From: Pseudomonadota bacterium
Lineage (GTDB): Bacteria; Pseudomonadota; Alphaproteobacteria; RF32; CAG-239
Reading direction: 5' to 3'
Assembly: GCA_918234285.1 (NCBI GenBank)
Contig: CAKJXZ020000001.1
Coordinates: forward strand, 1-64,000
DNA length: 64,000 nt
Shown here: positions 36,730 to 46,058 of the stretch, piece by piece
Position numbering within the stretch: position 1 is the stretch's first letter
Layout of the letters: every line of letters starts with the position of its first letter
Notes under the pieces: model-generated
What the model was told of the DNA's origin: nothing
The model's database searches: none
Seen by the model: the letters and a program-made list of their open reading frames with translations, nothing else
Position numbers and translations under genes: made by a program

Positions 36730-38814
36730 TTACTCCGGTTTTCTGATTTCCAACACTATAACACTCCAGGCCGGCACACTGAATGCTTCGGTCGGATTGA
36801 TGATTTTTCCGTTGATTCGCGCAGAACTGTCGAACACTGCCTCAACCGCCAAGTTTTTGCAAAATGCCGGCAAGTGCCATTCTTCCGCAACGGCATTGGC
36901 ATTACATATTAACATATATGAACGATTTTCCTGATACACAAAACTGGCAATACTGCGACGATTTTCCAAATACCAATCGGAAGTTTCAAATTCACTACCG
37001 TCGTTTTTAATCCACATCATATCTTTGACTTTGTAACGCGCAAATTTTTCAACCAATCTGCCGTCAAAGAATTTTATCCGTTTAAAGATGCCCATTTTCT
37101 TGCGCAGCGTAATCAGTTTGCGCACAAAAGCCGTAAGGTCGTGACCTTCTTTATCAATGGCTTCCCACACCAACCACGTCATTACATTGTCCTGACAATA
37201 CGGATTATTGTTGCCGAACTGGGTGTTGCCAAACTCATCACCGGCCACCAACATCGGAGTGCCGAAACTCATCAATAGAGTTGCCAACATGGCCTTTTTA
37301 CGCAACAGGCGATTATGTCTGATTTCGGTATCATCGCTTCGACCCTCTTGTCCGGAATTCCAGCTCCAGTTACAATCGTTGCCGTCGCGGTTGTGTTCAC
37401 CGTTAACCATATTGTGCTTTTCGTTGTAGCTAACCAAGTCGGTCAAATTAAAACCGTCATGTGAGGTAATAAAATTGATACTGCTCCAAATATCGCGATT
37501 GGCATAACCGAAAACATCGCTGGAACCGGAAATACGACTGGCAAACTCGCCTACCTGTTTATCATCACCGCGCCAAAAACGTCTGACCACATCACGATAG
37601 CGATCGTTCCATTCCGCCCAGCCTTGCGGGAATGCGCCGATTTGATAGCCGTCCATGGTGGCGTCCCACGGCTCGGCAATCATCTTACAGGAACGCAGGC
37701 TCGGGTCTTGTCTGGCCGCCAGCAAAAAGCCGCTGTCTTGCGTAAACTTACCGCGGACCCGGCTCAGGCTGGTAGCTAAATCCAGGCGGAAACCGTCAAC
37801 ATGCATCACATCATGCCAATACCTCAGCGAATCCGTTACCAGAGTCAACACATACGGGTTTTGCAAATTAAACGAAGCACCGCAACCGGTGGTATCAAAA
37901 TAAAAACGTTTGTTTTCGGCCTGCAAAGTATAATAACTTTCATTATCAATACCGCGATAACACAGCGTCGGACCCATCTGATTACCTTCAATCGTGTGAT
38001 TGTAAACCACGTCCAAAATAACTTCTTTGTTGTGTGCGTGCAGGGTTTTGACCATTCGCTTGAATTCATCAATATCGTTACCAACCATATATTTGGCTTC
38101 CGGAATAAAATACGACAGCGTTTCGTAACCCCAGAAATTATCGATATACATTCCGTCTTTTTCACCGAAAAAGGCAAATACCGGCAACAATTCTACCGCC
38201 GTCACACCGAGCCAATCTAAGTAGCTTGTGATGCAGTCCGCGGTGAGCCCCAAAAATTTGCCGCGATTGCGGGTCGGTACTTTCGGGTGCAACATGGTAT
38301 AACCGCGCACATGCATTTCGTAAATCACACTTTGTTCAAACGGAATCTGCGGATGCTTATCCTGCCCCCAATCAAAGGTGTCGGCAACAACTACCGACTT
38401 CGGCACATAAGGTGCGCTGTCAAGGGTACTGAATGATAAATCTTTTTGCGGACTGTCGACATCATAACCGAACAAAGCCTTGTGCCAAATCAGCTTACCG
38501 ATAAGCTTTTTGGCATAAGGATCCAGCAGCAGTTTATTCGGATTGAAGCGCTTACCTTCCTCCGGCTTGTACGGCCCGTAAACACGATATCCGTAGACCT
38601 GCTCCGGTTTGATACCTTCCAAATAAATATGCCAAATGTTATTGTCATTTTCGTTGATGCAAAAACGCTTTTCTTCTTTGGTTCCGGTAGCATTAAACAA
38701 GCAAAGTTCCACCTTTTCGGCATTGGCGGAAAACAGAGCAAAATTAACACCCTTGCCGTCATAAGTTGCGCCAAGAGGATACGCTCGTCCCGCTGAAACT
38801 TTTATCTCTTTCAT
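36730..38814 (-). CDS. glgX: glycogen debranching enzyme
   Basis: GVNFALFS, DVVYNH, VDGFRLDL, IAEPWD and HDGF motifs. Confidence 0.95.
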   Translation of the reverse strand: MKEIKVSAGRAYPLGATYDGKGVNFALFSANAEKVELCLFNATGTKEEKRFCINENDNNIWHIYLEGIKPEQVYGYRVYGPYKPEEGKRFNPNKLLLDPYAKKLIGKLIWHKALFGYDVDSPQKDLSFSTLDSAPYVPKSVVVADTFDWGQDKHPQIPFEQSVIYEMHVRGYTMLHPKVPTRNRGKFLGLTADCITSYLDWLGVTAVELLPVFAFFGEKDGMYIDNFWGYETLSYFIPEAKYMVGNDIDEFKRMVKTLHAHNKEVILDVVYNHTIEGNQMGPTLCYRGIDNESYYTLQAENKRFYFDTTGCGASFNLQNPYVLTLVTDSLRYWHDVMHVDGFRLDLATSLSRVRGKFTQDSGFLLAARQDPSLRSCKMIAEPWDATMDGYQIGAFPQGWAEWNDRYRDVVRRFWRGDDKQVGEFASRISGSSDVFGYANRDIWSSINFITSHDGFNLTDLVSYNEKHNMVNGEHNRDGNDCNWSWNSGQEGRSDDTEIRHNRLLRKKAMLATLLMSFGTPMLVAGDEFGNTQFGNNNPYCQDNVMTWLVWEAIDKEGHDLTAFVRKLITLRKKMGIFKRIKFFDGRLVEKFARYKVKDMMWIKNDGSEFETSDWYLENRRSIASFVYQENRSYMLICNANAVAEEWHLPAFCKNLAVEAVFDSSARINGKIINPTEAFSVPAWSVIVLEIRKPE

Positions 38815-38821
38815 ATTACCT

Positions 38822-41020
38822 CTATCTCAAAGGTTTTAACACAATGGTAGAAAGCGGCGGCAATATCAATTCTATCGAATAAGGTAAATTGTTGACGCCG
38901 TAATTCTGCGCCTGCTTCGGTCCTTCGTTGCGCACACCGCTGCCCCAATAATTTCTGTCGTCGCTGTTGAAAATTTCCTGATACGCGCAAGCCTCACGTA
39001 CCCCGACGCGGAAGTTATGGCGCACTACCGGCGTAAAGTTGCAAATCACAATCACATAGTCGTCCGGATTGTGACCTTTGCGGAAGTACGAAATCACGCT
39101 GTCGTCGCAGTTGGCATAATCAATCCATTCAAACCCGCGCGAATCGAAATCTTCTTCATACAAAGGCGCGTTGCCCCGATACATCAAATTCAAATCGCGT
39201 ACACAATTTTGCATACCCTGATACATCGGATATTGCAACAAATGCCAACGCAGACTCTCACCGGAGTTCCATTCCCAATCTTGTGCAAATTCGTTGCCCA
39301 TAAACAACAGCTTTTTGCCCGGATGAGTCCACATAAAGCCGTAATAAGCACGCAAGCTGGCAAATTTTTGCCATTCGTCACCCGGCATTTTGGAGAGCAT
39401 CGAGCCCTTGCCGTGCACCACTTCGTCATGCGAAATCGGCAAAATAAAGTTTTCGTTGAAAGCGTACAACAGCCCGAAAGTCAACAGGCCGTGATGATAT
39501 TTGCGGTGTACCGGCTCATGGCTGATATAACGCAGAGTATCGTTCATCCAGCCCATGTTCCACTTAAAACCGAATCCGAGACCGCCGGCCGAAACCGGAC
39601 GCGATACCATCGGCCACGCGGTTGATTCTTCGGCACAAGAAAACGAGCCCGGAGATTGCGAATAAATCAGCTCATTCATTTTGCGCAAAAAGGCAATTGC
39701 TTCCAAATTTTCGTTGCCGCCGTAAACGTTCGGAATCCACTCGCCGGACTTACGCGAATAATCCAGATAAAGCATAGAAGCCACCGCATCAACCCGCAAG
39801 CCGTCAATATGAAATTCTTTGAGCCAATAAAGCGCACTCACACATAAAAAGTTGCAAACTTCGGTGCGACCGAAATTGTAAATTTTGGTACCCCAATCTT
39901 TTTGTTCGCCCTTACGCGGATCGGCATGTTCATATAAACATGTGCCGTCAAATTCGGCCAAACCGTGACCGTCCTTCGGGAAGTGCGCCGGCACCCAATC
40001 CATAATCACACCGATACCTGCCTGGTGGAATTTATCAATCATATAACGGAAGTCGTCAGGGTTACCAAAGCGCGAAGTCGGCGCAAACAAACCGGTTATC
40101 TGATAGCCCCATGAGGCGTCGAGCGGGTGTTCACACAACGGCAGAAATTCAACATGAGTAAAGCCCATATTGCTGACATACGGCACCAGTCTGTCCGCAA
40201 ATTCGCGATAAGTCAAAAACTCGGACCCGTTGTCACCTTTGCGTCGCCATGAGCCCAAATGCACTTCATAAATCGACATCGGTTTATCATAAATATTGTT
40301 GTTTGCCCGATAATTGAGCCAACCTTCATCACCCCATTTATAATGATTTATATCAAAAACGATTGAAGCGGTTTTCGGACGCATTTCGGAGAATGTTGCC
40401 ATCGGATCGGCTTTGCTCAGAATATGGCCTTCGTAAGTTTTGACTTCAAACTTATAATATTCGCCTTCCACCAAATTCGGAATAAATATATCCCAAATGC
40501 CGCAACTGATATGTTTACGCATCACATTGACACGTCCGTCCCAGTTATTAAAACTGCCGACCACCGACACCCGTTTGGCATTCGGGGCCCATACTGCAAA
40601 AGCAACACCTTTAACCCCGTCCATTTCAATCAGGTGCGCACCGAGCTTTTTATACATTTCGCGATGGTTTCCCTGCGCAAACAAATAGGCATCAATATCG
40701 CCGATGGTTGCCGGAAAACGATACACGTCTTCAGCTTCGTAAACATGTCCGCGGTCGTTGGTTATTTTGAATTTATATTTGAACTCTTCGGTTTTATCCG
40801 AATTGAATTGGAAAAAGCCGCGTGCATCAATCTTTGTCATTTTACCGAGAGATTTTTTGGCGGCATCAATTACTTCTATTTCTGTAGCAAACGGTTGATA
40901 TGCACGAATAAAAACTTTTTTGCTTCCTTTGTCGCGGTGTATTCCCAAAACCGCAAAAACATTTCCGTGATCACCGTTGATAATGGCGTCGATTTCTTCT
41001 TTAGGCAACATATTATCCAT
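38822..41020 (-). CDS. glgB: 1,4-alpha-glucan branching enzyme
   Basis: FAVWAPNA, DWVPAHF, DGLRVDAV, AEEST and SHDEVVHGK motifs. Confidence 0.96.
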   Translation of the reverse strand: MDNMLPKEEIDAIINGDHGNVFAVLGIHRDKGSKKVFIRAYQPFATEIEVIDAAKKSLGKMTKIDARGFFQFNSDKTEEFKYKFKITNDRGHVYEAEDVYRFPATIGDIDAYLFAQGNHREMYKKLGAHLIEMDGVKGVAFAVWAPNAKRVSVVGSFNNWDGRVNVMRKHISCGIWDIFIPNLVEGEYYKFEVKTYEGHILSKADPMATFSEMRPKTASIVFDINHYKWGDEGWLNYRANNNIYDKPMSIYEVHLGSWRRKGDNGSEFLTYREFADRLVPYVSNMGFTHVEFLPLCEHPLDASWGYQITGLFAPTSRFGNPDDFRYMIDKFHQAGIGVIMDWVPAHFPKDGHGLAEFDGTCLYEHADPRKGEQKDWGTKIYNFGRTEVCNFLCVSALYWLKEFHIDGLRVDAVASMLYLDYSRKSGEWIPNVYGGNENLEAIAFLRKMNELIYSQSPGSFSCAEESTAWPMVSRPVSAGGLGFGFKWNMGWMNDTLRYISHEPVHRKYHHGLLTFGLLYAFNENFILPISHDEVVHGKGSMLSKMPGDEWQKFASLRAYYGFMWTHPGKKLLFMGNEFAQDWEWNSGESLRWHLLQYPMYQGMQNCVRDLNLMYRGNAPLYEEDFDSRGFEWIDYANCDDSVISYFRKGHNPDDYVIVICNFTPVVRHNFRVGVREACAYQEIFNSDDRNYWGSGVRNEGPKQAQNYGVNNLPYSIELILPPLSTIVLKPLR

Positions 41021-41239
41021 AATAAACTCCTGTGTGATAAGACCGAATCGTCAGTCGCTACAATCCTTATAAAATATTCGTTATATCTATATCTGTTTAT
41101 CGGCAAAATTGCAAGTAAAATTACTAAAAAAAAGTATGTTTGTTTAAGCGGCAACAATAATAAATATTTTCAAAGATTTTGTTTTCAAACCTTAATAAAC
41201 AATTAATTTGCACACGCCTAATTTTTCCGAATTTAGGTA

Positions 41240-41267
41240 TTGACGCTTTTAAAAAAGTGATTATACT
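41240..41267 (+). promoter_or_regulatory. sigma70 promoter
   Basis: TTGACG-16 bp-TATACT upstream of 41327. Confidence 0.55.
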
Positions 41268-41326
41268 GGGAAACGGTTATATAAACTATTGGTAAATTAT
41301 ATTTAAATTTATTAGGAGAAATTACA

Positions 41327-41563
41327 ATGTCTACGACGAAAAAATCATACAACGAAAATTACATCCGTGAAGCAGCTTATTACTGCTGGAAAAATGCCGG
41401 TTGTCCGTGGGGTCAGGATGAATATTTCTGGAACATGGCTATTAAGCAACTTTACGGTTCTAACTGCTCGAAAACTTCTTGCAGCACATCTTCTTGCTCT
41501 TCTTCCAGCAAAAAGAGCTCTTCATCTTCTTCAAAGAAAACCACTACTCCGAGCAAAAAATAA
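41327..41563 (+). CDS. DUF2934-domain small protein with Ser/Cys/Lys tail
   Basis: IREAAYYCWKNAGCPWGQDEYFW matches the DUF2934 pattern (I+xRAYxxWExxGxPxG...W); AGGAG RBS. Confidence 0.78.
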   Translation: MSTTKKSYNENYIREAAYYCWKNAGCPWGQDEYFWNMAIKQLYGSNCSKTSCSTSSCSSSSKKSSSSSSKKTTTPSKK

Positions 41564-41595
41564 TTTAAGAAACATATTTAAGTGCATTGTTTCTG

Positions 41596-41630
41596 AAAAT
41601 ATCCGCTTATGTTTTTAAGCGGATATTTTT
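41596..41630. terminator. bidirectional intrinsic terminator
   Basis: Perfect 14-bp stem AAAATATCCGCTTA/TAAGCGGATATTTT. Confidence 0.75.
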
Positions 41631-41638
41631 TATTTTGC

Positions 41639-42460
41639 TTAATCAAAAATATTGTTACCCAAAAACTCGGTCATCAATTTCTTTTTATCCGACGAATCTT
41701 TGTCATCCATCTGCACTTTAATCCGTGCAGCCGCCTTTTTTTCGGCTGCGGCTTTTTTCTGAGCGCGCGATATTTCACGTTCTTTTTGCCGTTCGGAGCG
41801 TTTTTTCTCCGCTTCGGCGCGGGCAATTTGTTTTAAGCGTTCCTGCTCAGCCTTCAACTCGCTTTTGGTAATGATAAAAGTATTGAAAAACTCCAACGCA
41901 AATTTATAAATAATCGCTTTTCTTTTTTTGATGTCGTTATCGTTAAGCGCTATTTTATCTTGCTCACTCAAACCGGAATCAATAACAAAATCATATACCG
42001 GCATGGTTCGCTCAAACCACGGTTTTACCTGTATATTATCGGTGGTTTCTATATAAGGCGTATCACCGGTACCGCTGGAATGAATATGCGCCAAATCGGT
42101 TGCACCGGAGGTAATATCAACAAAAACCTCACAGGTGCGCCATGCTTCATGACGACCTTCAGTATTGTAATAATAGCGGTTATGCGCGGCAAAAGAAGTC
42201 ATTATATAAAGCATGCCCTCAGGAGCCAAGGCTTTTTTGATAATCGGCACCACATAATATTTGGATTGACTGCATTGGTGCGCCGCTTCGTGTTGGGTTT
42301 CCGGTTTGGTTCCGGAAATTGACCACGATGCAACCGCAAAGCGCTTGCGCCGAAAAATGCCTCCGGTCGAAACAATACGAAAACCGGAAAATTCTATTTC
42401 CTGATTGTATTGCCGCTTATAGTGCGCTTCCAAATCCTGTTTTGATATCGTGATTGCCAT
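41639..42460 (-). CDS. hypothetical protein with C-terminal charged coiled coil
   Basis: 273-aa ORF, GAGGTGGA RBS; no family recognised. Confidence 0.65.
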   Translation of the reverse strand: MAITISKQDLEAHYKRQYNQEIEFSGFRIVSTGGIFRRKRFAVASWSISGTKPETQHEAAHQCSQSKYYVVPIIKKALAPEGMLYIMTSFAAHNRYYYNTEGRHEAWRTCEVFVDITSGATDLAHIHSSGTGDTPYIETTDNIQVKPWFERTMPVYDFVIDSGLSEQDKIALNDNDIKKRKAIIYKFALEFFNTFIITKSELKAEQERLKQIARAEAEKKRSERQKEREISRAQKKAAAEKKAAARIKVQMDDKDSSDKKKLMTEFLGNNIFD

Positions 42461-42645
42461 AATATTCCACCTCTGATTACATTCAGCTTAAAATAAAAAA
42501 TCAAACTTTGCAAGAGTGATGAAACTTTTTTGCGCAACACCAAAGGTACACACACCACAAAAACTCGGATAACGCGGTAAATACGACGGAAGTCTGTTTG
42601 CGCGGTGTATATGCGGCAAAACTGCGCAGAATGGCTCCGATAGAA

Positions 42646-42696
42646 AAAGAGCGTTTTGCGCGGTGTACAAAAAGGTACATAAGCAAAACGCTCTTT
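42646..42696. repeat. 14-bp inverted repeat after rpsA (palindromic element / possible terminator)
   Basis: AAAGAGCGTTTTGC (42646-42659)/GCAAAACGCTCTTT (42683-42696). Confidence 0.6.
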
Positions 42697-42722
42697 GATT
42701 AGCGGACCATTATCCGCAGTTT

Positions 42723-44405
42723 TTAGTTGGCTTTTTTCAAGGCCTCACCCAAAGCCTCTCCGAGCGATGAACCGCCGGAAGTGTTGGAATATTCTTCCAA
42801 AACTTTCTTTTCTTCATCTACTTCGAGAGCCTTGATGGACAAGCCGATTTTAACGTTCTTCTTGTCAACCGAGGTTACTTTGGCTTCTACGGTGTCGCCT
42901 TCGTTGAAGTTAGCCGGATTTTGCAAAGCCTTATCCTTAGAGAGGTCGGCTTTCTTGATTATAGCGTTCAAACCTTCAACTTCAACGGTGATACCTTTAT
43001 CATCGATTTCTTTCACCACAGCCTTTACGGTATCGCCCTTTTTGATGCTGGCGAGTGCCTGATTTACGCTGTCTTCGGAAAGCTGTTTGATGCCGAGGCT
43101 GATGCGCTCTTTTTCAACATCAACATCGATGATTTTGGCTTCGATTTCCTGACCCTTGGTATAGTCTTTAACAGCTTCTTCGCCGGACTTTTCCCAAGAG
43201 ATGTCGGAAAGGTGAATCATACCGTCGATTTCATCGGTCAGGCCGATAAACAAACCGAATTCGGTAATGTTTTTGATTTTGCCGGTAATAACCGAGCCGA
43301 CCGGATGCTCTTCAACATAAGCAGCCCACGGGTTCGGTTGGCATTGTTTAATGCCGAGGCTGATACGACGTTTGTCGGCATCAACTTCCAAAACCTTAAC
43401 TTCAACTTCTTCCGAAGTAGAAACGATTTTGCCCGGATGAACGTTCTTTCTGGTCCAGCTCATTTCGGAAACGTGTACCAAACCTTCAATACCGTCTTCG
43501 AGTTCAACAAACGCGCCGTAATCGGTAATGTTGGTGACTTTACCTTTGTAAATTTCATCAACTTTATACTTATCGGCAACTGCTTGCCACGGATCATTTT
43601 CAAGCTGTTTCATACCGAGGCTGATACGTTGTGTATCTTCGTTGAAACGAATCACCTGAACTTTTACGTTTTGACCAACCGTCAAAACTTCGGCTGGATG
43701 ATTGATGCGTTTCCAAGAAATATCGGTAACGTGCAACAAACCGTCAACGCCGCCCAAGTCAATAAACGCGCCGTAATCGGTGATGTTTTTAACCACACCG
43801 TCTAAGATAGCGCCTTCTTTAATGCCGTCAATCAATTCGGCACGAGCTTCGGCTCTGGTTTCTTCTAAGACAACGCGACGCGAAACAACGATGTTGCCGC
43901 GTACCTTATCCATTTTCAAAATTTGGAACGGTTGCGAAATACCCATAAGCGGAGTAATATCTCTAATCGGGCGAATATCGATTTGCGAACCAGGCAAGAA
44001 AGCGATTGCGCCGTTCAAATCAACCGTAAAGCCGCCTTTAACGCGACCGAAAATGATACCGTTAACACGTTCGCCGGCGTTCATGGATTTTTCAAGATCA
44101 ACCCATACTTCTTCACGGCGAGCTTTTTCACGAGAAAGTACAATGTTGCCGTCTTTGTCTTCATATCTGTCAACCAAAACTTCAACAACATCGCCGACTT
44201 TAAGTTCCGGATTGGTGCCGAATTCGCGCACCGGAATGTTGCCCTCGGATTTGAGGCCGACATCAACCGTAACATAGTCATCGGAAATTCTAACGATTGT
44301 ACCTTTTACAACGGTACCCAAGATGCCGTTTTCACCGAATTGTTCGTTCAATAAATCTGCGAAATTCTCGGTCATTTCCGGCATTTTAAATTCTGTATTT
44401 GTCAT
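42723..44405 (-). CDS. rpsA: 30S ribosomal protein S1
   Basis: Six S1 domains (DYGAFIDLGGVDGLLH, EGLVHVSEMSW); strong high-expression codon bias. Confidence 0.97.
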   Translation of the reverse strand: MTNTEFKMPEMTENFADLLNEQFGENGILGTVVKGTIVRISDDYVTVDVGLKSEGNIPVREFGTNPELKVGDVVEVLVDRYEDKDGNIVLSREKARREEVWVDLEKSMNAGERVNGIIFGRVKGGFTVDLNGAIAFLPGSQIDIRPIRDITPLMGISQPFQILKMDKVRGNIVVSRRVVLEETRAEARAELIDGIKEGAILDGVVKNITDYGAFIDLGGVDGLLHVTDISWKRINHPAEVLTVGQNVKVQVIRFNEDTQRISLGMKQLENDPWQAVADKYKVDEIYKGKVTNITDYGAFVELEDGIEGLVHVSEMSWTRKNVHPGKIVSTSEEVEVKVLEVDADKRRISLGIKQCQPNPWAAYVEEHPVGSVITGKIKNITEFGLFIGLTDEIDGMIHLSDISWEKSGEEAVKDYTKGQEIEAKIIDVDVEKERISLGIKQLSEDSVNQALASIKKGDTVKAVVKEIDDKGITVEVEGLNAIIKKADLSKDKALQNPANFNEGDTVEAKVTSVDKKNVKIGLSIKALEVDEEKKVLEEYSNTSGGSSLGEALGEALKKAN

Positions 44406-44595
44406 ATAAATTTAGTTTTCAAAAAATTGCCAACTTTCATAAAAGCGGACTTGTGCGAGGTTAAACAACAGCCGTTTATAAGCGCACCCTTATCAACAAC
44501 TGCCTTTCTTATACACAAAAAATATTATTTTTCAAGTGTTTTTTCGCGCTTTTTGCAGATTTTTTCGCCGATTTTTATGCATATTAATTTTTTTA

Positions 44596-44623
44596 TTGAT
44601 TTACACAGAAAATTGAATATACT
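44596..44623 (+). promoter_or_regulatory. sigma70 promoter driving a long structured leader
   Basis: TTGATT-16 bp-TATACT, about 265 bp upstream of the porin ATG. Confidence 0.55.
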
Positions 44624-44629
44624 CTCTTA

Positions 44630-44860
44630 CAGATAGGTAAAACTGTCTGAGGTGTGGTAGCCTCTCAATCAGCGTTTGTGCAAGACGTTAATTTTGTACG
44701 CCTTAATGGTTATATGGAAGTATGACTGGAGGGCGGCAAAATAAGCCGTTTTACATAACAACATATATAACTGCAGAGATATATGCCCGTTTAGGCAAAT
44801 ATGTCGCACTATTCTGATTGATAGTTACCAACGTCCAGTCGCCTTATCGGCGGCTTTTTT
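44630..44860 (+). ncRNA. candidate c4-antisense-like structured leader RNA with attenuator
   Basis: GACTGGA (44724-44730)/TCCAGTC (44834-44840) closing helix with internal hairpins; CTGATTGATAGTTACCA (44814-44830) complementary to upstream TGGTAGCCTCTCAATCAG (44655-44672); terminator AGTCGCC/GGCGGCT-TTTTT (44837-44860). Confidence 0.5.
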
Positions 44861-44888
44861 GTTTGTTAACTAGAAAAGGAATATAAAA

Positions 44889-45578
44889 ATGAAAAAAACA
44901 TTATTACTTGCCGGAGTGGCTTGTTTGTTTGCCGCGCAAGCTCAAGCTTTCAATATCAATCCGTACGTATCCGCAAAACTGAAATATTCTATGATGGATA
45001 ACTCATGGAAACCGAGTGAAACAGACCGTTTGATAAATGAAGAAGTTTATAATTTTGAAAAAACTATTGATGTCGATGACAAAGTATTCGGCGGAAGTAT
45101 TGCTTTAGGTTTAAGAGCACCGTTAAATTACGGAGCGTTAAGAACGGAAATCGAATATTCACATAACGGCGAAGCAAAAAAATCCCATACCGATGATTGG
45201 GGAGACAAATTTGAAACGAAATTAAAAAGCCAAGCCGTTTTGTTTAATGCCTACTATGATTTTGACACACATACGGCATTTACTCCGTATGTCGGCGGCG
45301 GTTTGGGATTCGCTCGCTTAAAAGGCTCCGTTAAGTGGGATGAAGATTCTGAGCTTAACAACAGTATAAAACACACAAACTTTGCTTGGCAACTCGGTGC
45401 CGGTGTGGCATATAATGTAAACCAACACGTTGCTTTGGACTTAGGTTATCGTTATATAGATTACGGAGATTTCGACAAGTCCTCATCATACAAATATGAC
45501 TGGGGAACTCTAGAAGAAAAGAATAAAATAGAATCCAAAGCACATGAAATTATGCTAGGTTTGCGCTACACATTCTAA
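44889..45578 (+). CDS. outer-membrane beta-barrel protein (opacity/OmpW/porin-like, 8-stranded)
   Basis: Signal peptide, RTEIEY, NAYYDF, PYVGGGLG, FAWQLGAG, DLGYRY, terminal LRYTF. Confidence 0.88.
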   Translation: MKKTLLLAGVACLFAAQAQAFNINPYVSAKLKYSMMDNSWKPSETDRLINEEVYNFEKTIDVDDKVFGGSIALGLRAPLNYGALRTEIEYSHNGEAKKSHTDDWGDKFETKLKSQAVLFNAYYDFDTHTAFTPYVGGGLGFARLKGSVKWDEDSELNNSIKHTNFAWQLGAGVAYNVNQHVALDLGYRYIDYGDFDKSSSYKYDWGTLEEKNKIESKAHEIMLGLRYTF

Positions 45579-45610
45579 TATAGTCTTATAACTTAATTTT
45601 TTTCATAGCG

Positions 45611-45638
45611 AAAGGTCGGTGTCATACCGGCCTTTTTT
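45611..45638 (+). terminator. intrinsic terminator after the porin gene
   Basis: AAAGGTCGGT...ACCGGCCTTTTTT. Confidence 0.72.
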
Positions 45639-45645
45639 AATTAAT

Positions 45646-45922
45646 GTCATCCTTCAAGGTGCGCTGCGCGTCACCTTGTCCAAGGATCTCGTCTTTCAAT
45701 GCGCCAGCATTGCTTCCGCTTCACACAAAATATTGCGCTTCGCAAAGGTCAGATCCCTTGACGCACGAATGCACCGCATCGTGCGAGGGATGACTTTATT
45801 TTTATATTGTGCGAGGGATGACTTTATTTCTATATTGCGCAAGGAATGACTTTATTTCTATATTGCGCAAGGAATGACTTTATTTCTTTGCACTGCGTAT
45901 CGCGAGGGATGACTTCTATATT
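45646..45922. repeat. REP/RPE-like palindromic element (GTCATCC...GGATGAC) with a tandemly amplified 28-bp right end
   Basis: Element 45646-45794 with internal hairpins; 28-bp units at 45781, 45809, 45837 and 45865, and a partial copy at 45901. Confidence 0.75.
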
Positions 45923-46058
45923 AGATTTTCTGAACGAAAACGAAGCATGTCTCATTTTTTGATTACCCGACCTCGGCTCATTTTCTATTGACAAAATGCC
46001 TTATTGTGCTATATTCGGCGCAAATTTCAATTATTGTTTTATTAAAACTATTTTGCCT

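Noticed and set aside
44406-44500. SD-less structured rpsA leader
   Set aside because: Lack of a canonical SD and a structured leader are known features of rpsA genes, so this is not novel.
45781-45922. 28-bp repeats as a mini-CRISPR
   Set aside because: Units are directly adjacent with no unique spacers, so this is a tandem repeat.
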